Shown here piece after piece: positions 49,378-57,900 of a stretch of DNA of 64,000 bases. Source of the DNA: a virus (Duplodnaviria; Caudoviricetes). Position numbers and translations under genes: made by a program. A model generated the notes under the pieces. It searched no databases and was not told the origin of the DNA. It saw only the letters and a program-made list of their open reading frames with translations. Where the stretch lies: IMG/VR virus record IMGVR_UViG_3300024283_000011, positions 5,564 through 69,563 of that record. One strand, 5' to 3'. The first letter of the stretch is position 1, and each line of letters begins with the position of its first letter.

Positions 49378-49968
49378 CTACTCCGTCCTCGCGAATTCGC
49401 CGTGAAGAGAGAGGGCCGCTTCGGCGTAGGCGCGGGCCGCCGCATCTTGCGATGTGAAGTATCCCAGGCAACGGCGCCGTTTCTCGAACGTGATGCGCGC
49501 CAGCCATTTGCCATAGCGTGGATAAAACATCACGCCCTTGTGCTGGCTGCTCTTGCCGTCAGACCTTTTGCGCCTGTTCTGACGATTCTGCGCCGGACTC
49601 GCCGCGCGAAGATTCGCGCGCCTACAGTTCAGGCCGTCCATGTCTCGATGGTCGATCTCTTCGGCGAATGGAAGTCCCCAGTGCTCCCAGAGCACGCGAT
49701 GCAGTTGGATTGACCCGGGACCGGACTCGCCCGACAGCCGCTTCCTGATCGCGTGGGCCGTTGCAAAGGGCGTGTTTCTGGCCGGGCACAGGTACCACTT
49801 CCAGCGACAGATGAACTCCGCATCCTCGCGATCGATGACTGCAAATCTGCCTCGCGAGAGCCGAATAAGCAGCGCCGACGGGTCGGTCGGATGGGCGATG
49901 GGCCGCTTGGCCTCCTCACGCCGCGCTCGCCTTGCCGCCTTGAGCGCTGCGATCTCTTTGCGGGTCAT
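49378..49968 (-). CDS. HNH-AP2 homing endonuclease
   Basis: LHR...IDHRDMDGLNCRRANLR...QN..N, then AP2 domain KGV....GKW.ARI.....LGYF....AAARAY. Confidence 0.9.
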   Translation of the reverse strand: MTRKEIAALKAARRARREEAKRPIAHPTDPSALLIRLSRGRFAVIDREDAEFICRWKWYLCPARNTPFATAHAIRKRLSGESGPGSIQLHRVLWEHWGLPFAEEIDHRDMDGLNCRRANLRAASPAQNRQNRRKRSDGKSSQHKGVMFYPRYGKWLARITFEKRRRCLGYFTSQDAAARAYAEAALSLHGEFARTE

Positions 49969-50423
49969 GGCTGCGCTCCGCAGTGCGAGCAGGCCGCCCC
50001 GCGCCTGGTTCTCGCCGAGCACGAGCGGCAGGGGACGCTCAGGATTTCCATCCGGAGGCGGGTGCCGTCTTCGAAGCCGGCGAGATATTGCTGCCGGTGA
50101 GGCGCGCCGAGCCAGAACCGGGAAGGGACGCGCTTGTCGGCGCCGTCGGCGGCCCCCTCGACATAGGCGCAGGACGTCCCCAGCGCCACCGCCGGCGCTT
50201 CCGGCAGCGTCATCACCGCCGGCTGGCGCATCAGCACCACGGCGCCCAGCGGGCAGCAGCCCTTGCCGCCGGGGGTGAGCCACCAGCCGTTGCGGCCCTT
50301 GCACTCGATCCCGAAGTCGCCGAGGCGGATCGGGATATTGCGGCGCTCGCACCAAGCGACGGCCATCCGGATGGTGTCGATGGGGCGCTCTGCGGGAACC
50401 GGGGACACGACGATGCGACTCAT
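49965..50423 (-). CDS. Hypothetical protein with C-terminal zinc ribbon
   Basis: CCPLGA and CRSC...CSHCG. Confidence 0.6.
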   Translation of the reverse strand: MSRIVVSPVPAERPIDTIRMAVAWCERRNIPIRLGDFGIECKGRNGWWLTPGGKGCCPLGAVVLMRQPAVMTLPEAPAVALGTSCAYVEGAADGADKRVPSRFWLGAPHRQQYLAGFEDGTRLRMEILSVPCRSCSARTRRGAACSHCGAQP

Positions 50424-50453
50424 GGCGGTTGACCTTTCCGGCCGTCGTCGCCA

Positions 50454-50533
50454 GGATCCGCGCTGCGTAGCGGGGGATCCGGTAACTCGGGCCTTCGTTC
50501 GGGCCCGCCGTCAGTTGACGCTGCCGGCGGGCC
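50454..50533 (-). ncRNA. Structured intergenic leader with three hairpins, two mutually exclusive
   Basis: Stems at 50454-50480, 50488-50507 and 50502-50533. Confidence 0.45.
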
Positions 50534-50551
50534 GTTTCTAGATTTCGGGAC

Positions 50552-50695
50552 TCAGTCGGTGGCGATGCCCGCCAGCAGTTCCAGCGCCTCGGCCGTCAGT
50601 TCGTCGCGCTCGGCCTGGCTGCGGGTGCGGTCCAGGGCGCGGGCGGTCAGCCCGATGGCCAGGGCGATCCGGGTGTCTGCTGTCGTCTCGTTCAT
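50552..50695 (-). CDS. 47-aa first gene of the leftward early operon
   Basis: My translation: MNETTADTRIALAIGLTARALDRTRSQAERDELTAEALELLAGIATD. Confidence 0.6.
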   Translation of the reverse strand: MNETTADTRIALAIGLTARALDRTRSQAERDELTAEALELLAGIATD

Positions 50696-50802
50696 GGTCT
50701 TAAAGTATCCCTACCATGTCCCTACCGTCAAATTAAATCGACACGTCGATAGAAAATAGTTTCGCTTGACTTCGGGTCTCACTTTGTCCCTAGTAGGGGG
50801 AC
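50696..50802. promoter_or_regulatory. Divergent promoter/operator region (genetic switch)
   Basis: Leftward TTGACG-N16-GATACT with GGTAGGGA twice across the spacer; rightward TTGACT...CCTAGT overlapped by TGTCCC...GGGACA; AT-rich centre. Confidence 0.75.
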
Positions 50803-50982
50803 ATGGCCAAGAAGCAGGGAGACGAGGAGATCAAGGTCTACGCGCCGCCAGACCTGAAGGCGCTGTTCAAGCGCTGGGCCGAGGCGGACGGGCGCAGCCT
50901 GTCGAACTGGATGATCGAGGCCGGGAAGCTGAAGGCGCGGCTCGATGCGAAGGCGGCCGAGAAGAAAGGCGGCGGCCGGTGA
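50803..50982 (+). CDS. Ribbon-helix-helix (Arc/CopG-like) repressor candidate
   Basis: My translation: MAKKQGDEEIKVYAPPDLKALFKRWAEADGRSLSNWMIEAG... Confidence 0.75.
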   Translation: MAKKQGDEEIKVYAPPDLKALFKRWAEADGRSLSNWMIEAGKLKARLDAKAAEKKGGGR

Positions 50983-51239
50983 CCTGGGCCGAGAAGTTCC
51001 CGCCGCCCGATGGGCCGCCTCCGCCGAAGCCTGAGCACCCAGGCGAGATCGGGAAGCTTGCCGAGACGATGGCCTACAACCGCTGGGTCAAGGCCAACCG
51101 CAACGCGCTGGTCGCCAAGGCGCTGGACGAGCTCGCCGAGAAGGTCGAGGCGTCGCCGACCGACCGGATCGCCTTCGTGGTGGGCACCGCGTTCCTCGAC
51201 GGCTCGCTGGAGCCGGGCATCTTCGGGGGCATGTTCTGA
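50979..51239 (+). CDS. Hypothetical protein
   Basis: 86 aa from GTG 50979 (GTGA overlap). Confidence 0.55.
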   Translation: MTWAEKFPPPDGPPPPKPEHPGEIGKLAETMAYNRWVKANRNALVAKALDELAEKVEASPTDRIAFVVGTAFLDGSLEPGIFGGMF

Positions 51240-51241
51240 CC

Positions 51242-51694
51242 GTGGCGCATTCGATCCGAATGTCCGATCTCTATCACCTGTTCAGTCCCGGCCATGCCCG
51301 CGTGGTCGGGATGGACGATCGCGAGATGCACCTGCAGGACTGGGAGGGAAAGAAGTTCTCGCTCCCGCGTTCCGAGTTCGAGCGCGACTACACGCTGATC
51401 GACGAGGCGCGCGAGAACCAGCAGTGGCGGATAGACAGCGAGGTGAAGGAAGCGAAAAGGCGCGCAGAGAGGATCGCGGCGCGCGACATCCGCAATTTCG
51501 ACGGCGGCGGCGCTCCGATCAACGTGTTCGTTACGGCCCTCAATGCCGACACCGGCATCGTCGTGCAGGTGCCGGGGACGGCCGCCGGTCTGCTGGCATG
51601 GATGGTGGCGACAGGCGAACGGTTCAGGATCAGCCCGCCCGGGGAAGGGCACCCGGACCTCGTGACGATGTTCCCGGAGGACGACTATGAGTAA
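51242..51694 (+). CDS. Hypothetical protein
   Basis: 150 aa (alternative ATG at 51260). Confidence 0.6.
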   Translation: MAHSIRMSDLYHLFSPGHARVVGMDDREMHLQDWEGKKFSLPRSEFERDYTLIDEARENQQWRIDSEVKEAKRRAERIAARDIRNFDGGGAPINVFVTALNADTGIVVQVPGTAAGLLAWMVATGERFRISPPGEGHPDLVTMFPEDDYE

Positions 51695-51848
51695 GAAGAC
51701 CCGCTCCCGCACCGGCCGCGAGGCGAAGCGGCGGCGTCGGCGGCACGAACGGCGGGTGGTCCTGTTCTGGCTGAACCAACAGTCGCGCGTCTTCGACGTG
51801 GCGATGGTCAAGCAGATTCGCTTCGTGCTCGGCCTCCCCAAAATCTAG
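51687..51848 (+). CDS. Small, very basic protein
   Basis: My translation: MSKKTRSRTGREAKRRRRRHERRVVLFWLNQQSRVFDVAMVKQIRFVLGLPKI. Confidence 0.5.
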   Translation: MSKKTRSRTGREAKRRRRRHERRVVLFWLNQQSRVFDVAMVKQIRFVLGLPKI

Positions 51849-51873
51849 AGCCCGCCCCCGCCCGGCGCACGAT
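51846..51873 (+). promoter_or_regulatory. Endolysin promoter variant: TAGAGC-N16-CACGAT, 6 nt before the ATG
   Basis: Same spacing and GC-rich spacer as the repeated motif; contains TCTAGA. Confidence 0.45.
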
Positions 51874-51879
51874 GGGGGC

Positions 51880-52416
51880 ATGGCGCGCGAGTCCGACCGG
51901 TCCGTCCTGCATCCGGTGATCCGCAACCTGCTGCCGCAGCTCGACCAGCAGCTTTTCGCCGCCGGCATCCCGCTGCAGCTGTACGAGGCGGGGCGCACGC
52001 CGTTCCGGCAGGCCGAGCTGTACGCGGTTGGGCGCGGGACGGGGACGCCGGGGAAGCACGTCACGCGGGCGAAGGCGTGGGGCAGCTTCCACCAGTTCCT
52101 CTTGGCGATCGACTATGTGTTCAAGGTCGACGGCAACTGGACGTGGGACGAGCCCGAGGCCGGCATGTGGAAGCAGTACCAGGCCATCGGCGCATCGCTG
52201 AAGCTACGCGCGCTGCCGTTCGAGACGCCGCACCTGGAGTTCCCGTGGTCGCTGGCGGACCTGCAGACGGGCAAGTACCCCAACGGCGGCGACGACGCCT
52301 GGCGTGGGTGGCTGGACACGCAGATCGAACTCTGGGGCAGCCGCGCGCGGGATGTCGGGGGGATCACTCACCCGGCGGCGCCGCCGCTGGCGATCGAGCG
52401 GCCGGCGGTGGCGTGA
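51880..52416 (+). CDS. Endolysin, M15 family L-Ala-D-Glu peptidase
   Basis: EAGRT..RQAELYA.GR...VT.A....SFH...AID...ETPHLE. Confidence 0.85.
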   Translation: MARESDRSVLHPVIRNLLPQLDQQLFAAGIPLQLYEAGRTPFRQAELYAVGRGTGTPGKHVTRAKAWGSFHQFLLAIDYVFKVDGNWTWDEPEAGMWKQYQAIGASLKLRALPFETPHLEFPWSLADLQTGKYPNGGDDAWRGWLDTQIELWGSRARDVGGITHPAAPPLAIERPAVA

Positions 52417-52712
52417 CTGAATCCGCCTGGGCGGCGGCCGCCCGACGCGTTGAGGACATCTGTTTCGCGGGCGGACTCAGGCCCGATCGGATCGTCCAGA
52501 CGGCGGACGGCGGCGCCATGTTCTACTTCTTCTCCCGGGCCGTCCGGTATGCCGCGATCGAGTGCCACGACAACGGCGAGATCGTCCTGCTCATCGCCCA
52601 CAGGCGCCCCGGGATTCAGCCCTACGTTCGCCAGCTCTCCAGCGACGAAGACATCCGCCAGGCGCTGGTCTCGATTCGCGGCTTTGTCACCGATGGGCAA
52701 CTGAACGCCTGA
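52413..52712 (+). CDS. Hypothetical protein
   Basis: 99 aa from GTG 52413. Confidence 0.55.
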   Translation: MTESAWAAAARRVEDICFAGGLRPDRIVQTADGGAMFYFFSRAVRYAAIECHDNGEIVLLIAHRRPGIQPYVRQLSSDEDIRQALVSIRGFVTDGQLNA

Positions 52713-52723
52713 CGTTCAGTCGT

Positions 52724-53215
52724 TCAGATCGCCGCCCGCGGCAGCGCGCCCGCCGCGACCCGCCCCGCGAGCATCTCCCGCCGCGCGACGTGCGTGGCCA
52801 AACCGATCGCGTCAGCCACATCCTCCGGCACCGTGAGCCCGTACGTCGCCTTGACCCAGATCGCCGCCGCCCGCTTGCGCTCCTCGCTCTTGGACTTGCG
52901 CGAGATCAGGCCGGTCAGGATCGCCTTTTGCCAGGTGTCGGCCATGACCAGCTCGCTGGGGATCCCGCGCGTGGCGAACGCCTGTTCCCAGCGGCCCTGG
53001 ATGCGCGAGAGCACCTTCACGGTGTTCACGTTCTCGCCGAGATAGCTGTCCTCGATCACCGCCAGCGCCGGCCGGGCGATGCTGTTGACCAGCGCGGCCA
53101 GGGCGTCGATACGCATCGGCTCGCGGGCGTTCACCGTGCCGAACTTCAGGACGCGGTCGCCGTCGAGAAGGCACCAGCCCGAAACTGAAGCGCTGTCGAT
53201 GCCGAGAATGATCAC
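52724..53215 (-). CDS. RuvC-like Holliday junction resolvase
   Basis: ILGID, VIED and D.ADAIGLA catalytic motifs; start GTG 53215. Confidence 0.85.
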   Translation of the reverse strand: MIILGIDSASVSGWCLLDGDRVLKFGTVNAREPMRIDALAALVNSIARPALAVIEDSYLGENVNTVKVLSRIQGRWEQAFATRGIPSELVMADTWQKAILTGLISRKSKSEERKRAAAIWVKATYGLTVPEDVADAIGLATHVARREMLAGRVAAGALPRAAI

Positions 53216-53385
53216 TTCGTCGGCAGCGCCGGCGGTGCGCCGTTCCCCTTCGGCATCGCGAGCCCCAGCGCGCCGCCGATGATCATGCCGGCGATGGGGG
53301 TCAGTTCGTTCATGTGGTTCGTGAGAGCGCCAACGACGGCGACCGACGCGCCGACGACCAGAGCCAGAAAATGCCACTTGTCCAT
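53212..53385 (-). CDS. Two-TM holin candidate
   Basis: My translation: MDKWHFLALVVGASVAVVGALTNHMNELTPIAGMIIGGALGLAMPKGNG... Confidence 0.5.
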   Translation of the reverse strand: MDKWHFLALVVGASVAVVGALTNHMNELTPIAGMIIGGALGLAMPKGNGAPPALPTK

Positions 53386-53394
53386 GGGTCGCTC

Positions 53395-53667
53395 CTACTT
53401 CCGAAAGTCCTGCGCGTGTAGGCCGAACGTGGTGCTGAGTTGATCCAGCGCCGCGCCGACCCGGTTCACCGTGTTGTCCTGGATCGGCTCTGTCGCGACG
53501 CGGATGTCGTGCAGAATGCCGGCGAGGATCCGGTTGGTGTTGTCGACCTCGTTGCAGAGGCGGAACAGCGAAAGCACGTACGGCCGGTGAATGGCCAGCG
53601 TCGCCGTCGGTGTCTCGGTCGGCGTCGTCTCCTCGCTGCTGCCGCCGTTGCTTCTCTCGTTGCCCAT
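53395..53667 (-). CDS. Hypothetical protein
   Basis: 90 aa from ATG 53667 with a GGAG ribosome-binding site. Confidence 0.55.
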   Translation of the reverse strand: MGNERSNGGSSEETTPTETPTATLAIHRPYVLSLFRLCNEVDNTNRILAGILHDIRVATEPIQDNTVNRVGAALDQLSTTFGLHAQDFRK

Positions 53668-53678
53668 GTGCTGCTCCT

Positions 53679-53990
53679 TCAAGGCAGTTTCGATGATTGG
53701 ACGATGTAGCTGATCTTCAGCAGGAATCCGACGAGCCCGATCGCGATGGCCGTGGCTACCCCCACGTAAATCTTCGACCACATCGCGCGGCTCTCGTCGT
53801 GCTTCTTCAGCCGGCCGTTCATGTCGGTCATGAGTTGGTTGATCGTGTCGAGTTTCTCGACCAGCCGCTCGGCGCTCGCATCCTGCTTTTCGAGATGGCG
53901 CTCGACCTGCTCCATCCGCCAGGCGAGCTGCGCCGGCGATGGCGGCATCCCGCCGCCCGTCGGGATCCGCCCGCGCGGGTCGGTGCTCAC
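53679..53990 (-). CDS. Coiled-coil plus C-terminal TM protein (XhlA-like lysis accessory)
   Basis: RMEQVE..LEK...KLD...then IYVGVATAIAIGLVGFLL. Confidence 0.55.
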   Translation of the reverse strand: MSTDPRGRIPTGGGMPPSPAQLAWRMEQVERHLEKQDASAERLVEKLDTINQLMTDMNGRLKKHDESRAMWSKIYVGVATAIAIGLVGFLLKISYIVQSSKLP

Positions 53991-54451
53991 GGCCGCATCT
54001 CCGGCGCCTGGTCGACCCGCTGCGCCGCCATCATCACGGCCGCCACGGCCGGCACCACGCGAAACCCAAGGTTGTCGACCTTCTTCGTCGGGTCCCAGTG
54101 GACCTTGATGTCGACGCCCGCCAGGTCAGCCGACCATTGCGACCGCAGCAGATCAAACGCCAGGTCGCGAACATGGTCCGCGCTGGTCAGCGGCTTGTCG
54201 ATCTCGGCGGTCATGATGGCCAGCTGCATCTGCTCTGTGAAACGTGGGTCGCGCAGCGCCTTCTGCACGGCCTCGCAGCGGGCGTTCACGCCGGCGCGGC
54301 TCAGCTCGCGGCGGATGGCGTGGATGCGGGCGAGCCGGTCAGCCTCGGCGCGCGCCTGGGCAGCGTCGGGCCGGTGCGCGGCGCGGGCGGCGTGGCGCTC
54401 CTTGCGCACTGCTCTGCGACGGTCTTTCTTGTCGCGCTTCTTGCGGCTCAC
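53987..54451 (-). CDS. Basic hypothetical protein
   Basis: 154 aa, GTG start, own promoter copy. Confidence 0.55.
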   Translation of the reverse strand: MSRKKRDKKDRRRAVRKERHAARAAHRPDAAQARAEADRLARIHAIRRELSRAGVNARCEAVQKALRDPRFTEQMQLAIMTAEIDKPLTSADHVRDLAFDLLRSQWSADLAGVDIKVHWDPTKKVDNLGFRVVPAVAAVMMAAQRVDQAPEMRP

Positions 54452-54460
54452 GTCGGCTTG

Positions 54461-54498
54461 ACTGTGCTGGTGGTTCGGGTCGCACTCCAGGATCTAGA
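54461..54498 (-). promoter_or_regulatory. Repeated promoter motif, copy 4: TCTAGA-TCC-TGGAGT-N17-CACAGT
   Basis: The TAG of TCTAGA is the stop codon of the upstream gene. Confidence 0.5.
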
Positions 54499-54928
54499 CG
54501 GAGCCAGATCGCGCAGGCGTTGCGTCAGCGGGCGGATCGACTGCAGCCTTTGCGGACGGGGCGACGTATCGGCCGGCCCTCAGGTCCTCGATGCGCTTCT
54601 CCAGCGTGTGGATGTGCTTGCCGAGGCTGGGGTGGATCTTCGTGTCGGTGATCTTCATCAGGTAATCGAGCACCTGATTGGTGGTCGGGTACTCGACGAG
54701 ATCCGATGACGCGAAGTCCGCGATCGGGGCGTCGCCCTTTTCTTTCAGGGCGGCGAGGAAAGCGTCTCTCGCGGCGCGGATCTCGAAGTCCTTGTGCAGG
54801 TCGTCGCAGAGGTCGCGGTCGTGCCGGTTCTCGGGCGCGAAACTATCGAGGAAAAGGCCCAGCGCGGTGCGCTCCTGTTCGCTGACTTCGACCCGGCGTT
54901 CCTGGCTCGCGACTTTGTGATCACCCAT
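54494..54928 (-). CDS. Hypothetical protein downstream of the tail fibre (possible chaperone)
   Basis: 144 aa. Confidence 0.55.
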   Translation of the reverse strand: MGDHKVASQERRVEVSEQERTALGLFLDSFAPENRHDRDLCDDLHKDFEIRAARDAFLAALKEKGDAPIADFASSDLVEYPTTNQVLDYLMKITDTKIHPSLGKHIHTLEKRIEDLRAGRYVAPSAKAAVDPPADATPARSGSV

Positions 54929-54934
54929 GCCGGC

Positions 54935-54972
54935 ACGATGGGCGCGGATCTAGATCGCCTCAAAAATCTAGA
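54935..54972 (-). promoter_or_regulatory. Repeated promoter motif, copy 5: TCTAGA-TTT-TTGAGG-N17-CATCGT, with a second GATCTAGATC in the spacer
   Basis: Read directly; follows the fibre TGA; ATG 6 nt downstream. Confidence 0.65.
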
Positions 54973-57900
54973 TCAGCCCGAGAAGGCGCTCTGCGAGATG
55001 CCGATGATCGGCACGTAATAGAAGACGTCGAGCGAGATGCCCTGCGGGAACACGCGCATCGCGTACTGGAACGAGCTGGGCATGGCCACGCTGGGCGAAA
55101 AGACGCTCGGCGGGATGCTCAGGATGTGGTTGGCGCCGACGAGCGTGCCGCCCTGGATCTGGACGAGGCTGCCGAACTTCGAGAACCCGCTCTGCACCCA
55201 GAACGCCCAGGGGTTCGTGATGGTCACGCCGCTGGCCGCCGGTGGGCCTTCGATCGCCACCGTGGCCGCCTGGCTGATCGTCAGCGAGCCGCTCAGTGTG
55301 GGCCGCTTGAACGTCGCGTAATTGAAGCCCAGCGAGTTGATGTTGTTCGTACCGCTGACGCTGACGGTGGCGTTGTCGAGCAGGAAGTAGTCGAGCGGGT
55401 TCGTGCTGCTGGCGTCGACGGATACGTTGCCGCCGATCCTGACCTGGTTGCCGGCAGTCGGCGTCGCGCCGCCCACGCCGAGGGTACCGTCGAGCAGCGA
55501 GGTTCCGCCGGTCACATGGAAGGCGGTGTTGCCGGTTGCCACGCCGCTGACGCCCAGGCGCGATCCGATGTCGGTCGGGTCGACGCCCGCCGACGTATTC
55601 GCGACCAGGAAGTTGCCGTTCGCGAAAATCTTCGCGCGCACGATGCCCGTCCCGAAGTCGCCGCCGGTAAGGAAGGCCCGGTAACCCCCGTTGCTGAAGT
55701 CGTAGAAGTTGCCGCCGCTCTCCCCGCGCAGACCCGCGCGCGTGGTCGATGTCGACGTGCGGAAGTGCATCACCGCTTGCCCGGTGGCGGACGACGACGA
55801 CAGGATCAGCGTGGGCGTCGAGAAGCTGGTGTTGCCCGACAGGAACGTCATCGTGTCGGCGCTGGAGTCGTCGTAGAACGAGTTGCCCAGCTTGATGACG
55901 CCGTTGCCGGTGGTCGTCGACTTGAGGGTGAGGTTCTCGCCGTTGGCCGTGCCGCCGAACGCCGTCTGCCCGCCCGACTTGCCGGTGGAGATCATGGCCG
56001 TGATCGTGTTGATCGACCGCGACAGGCCCGTCGAGAAGGTCAGCGGCAGCTCATAATCGGTGCCTCCGCTGGCGACGAACACCGTGCCCGAGACGGCCTT
56101 GAGCATCCCGTTCAGCGACTGGATGACGACCGTCGACCGCATGTTGACCGTCGAGTCGAACCGCGACAGGCCGCCCGCCACCCACAGGGCCATCGCATTC
56201 GCGATCGTGAGGCTGCCCGCGTTCGCCGGCTGATTCTCGATCATCACCGTCGCCGCGTTCGTGATCTGCATCGACGACGCATTGGTCAGCGTCGGCGCGC
56301 GGAAGACGGCGAAGTTGAAGCCCGCCGCCGTGGTCACGTTCACGGCGCTGGTCAGCGTGGCGGTGACGGTGTCCCAGAGGTGCGCGTTCCACGCGAGCGA
56401 CGTCGACGCCGCGGTGGTCGCCGGCGTCGCCGCCCAGCGGGTGATCCCGAGCTGCTGGGCCGTGCCGCCCGCGCCGACGAGCGCGCCCAGGTCCGACGGG
56501 TCGACGCCCACGGACGTGCCGTTGACCAGGAAGTTGCCGTTGTTGAAGAACTTCGCCGCGACGCGGCCGGTGCTGAAGTCCCCCCCGACCAGGAACATCC
56601 GATAGCCGCCCGTGCTGAAGTCGACGAGGTTGCCGCCGGCGTCGGCGCGGATACCCGCGCGAAGCGTGCTGGTCGACGTGCGCAGGTGAAACACAGCCTG
56701 GCCCGAGACGTTGTTGGACGCGAGGACCAGCGTCGGCGTGCTGAACGTGGTGTTGGCCGAGAGCAGGGAGAGCGTGTCCGCCGTCGAGTCGTCGTAACTG
56801 GACAGGCCGAACAGGATCTTGCCCTTCGTCGCGTTCAGCGTCGACGCGAGCGTCAGGTTCGCCGATGCCGTCGCCGAGTTGCCGCCCGCCGCCGTCTGGC
56901 TGCCGGCGACGCCGGTGCTTAGGTTGGCGGTGATCGTGTTCGAGACGCGCGTCAGGCCGGTGCTGAAATTCAGCGCTGGCTCGTAGTCGGTGCCGGCGGT
57001 CGCCCGGCCGAGCAGGCCCGCCGACGACGCGTTGATCAGCGCCGAGCCGGTGCCCGCGAGCCCGCTCACCGTGGCATTGCCCGTGGTGTCGACGCGGAAG
57101 CGGTCGCCCGTCGTGCCGGTGACCACCAGGCCGGCGACGGTGGCGTGGGTCGAGCTGACGTAGAACAGGCCGTCGCTGCTGTTGCGGCCGAGGTCATACT
57201 CGGACCCGGTGGCCTGTCCCACGCGGACCTGGACGTTGCCCGCGTCGGTGACGTGGAGGCGCTGCTGTGGCGACGACTGGTTGATGCCGAGGCGGTTGGT
57301 CGCCTCCTTGTAGACCGTCGTGCCGATCGTCAGCGAGCCCTTGGTCGCGTTCGTGGTCGTCGAGAGGACGATCCCTTCACCGCTGCCGGTGCCGCCCACC
57401 CAGGTCGTGTTGCCGCCCCCCAGAGCCTTGCCCGTGATGTAATCGCCGGTGATGGTGTTGCCCGAGCGCGAGAGGCCCGACGTGAACGTCAGGGCCGGCT
57501 CGTAGTCGACGCCCGCGCTGGCGATGCTGACGACGCCGGTCGTGGTCGTGCTCTTGAGCAAGCCGGTCGACAGGTTGCCGAGGAACTGCGCGCCCGAGAG
57601 CGTCGAGTCCGCGGTCCCCTGGACGATGAACTTTTGCGGCAGCGTGCCGACCTTGATCGTCGTGGTGGTCGGGAAGCTGATCGTCGAGTCGGCCGCCGAC
57701 AGCGGCGCCTGATAGTCGGTGCCCGCGGTGGCGCGCTGGAGCGTGCCGGCCGTCGACGCCTTGACCATCGCCGCCGTACCGCCGCCCAGGCCCGCGATCG
57801 TGACGGCGCCGCTGCTGTCGACGCGCAGGCGCTCGCCGCCGCCACCGCCCACCACGAAGCCGGCGACGCTGGGATGCGTGCTGGTCAGGTAGCAGAGACC

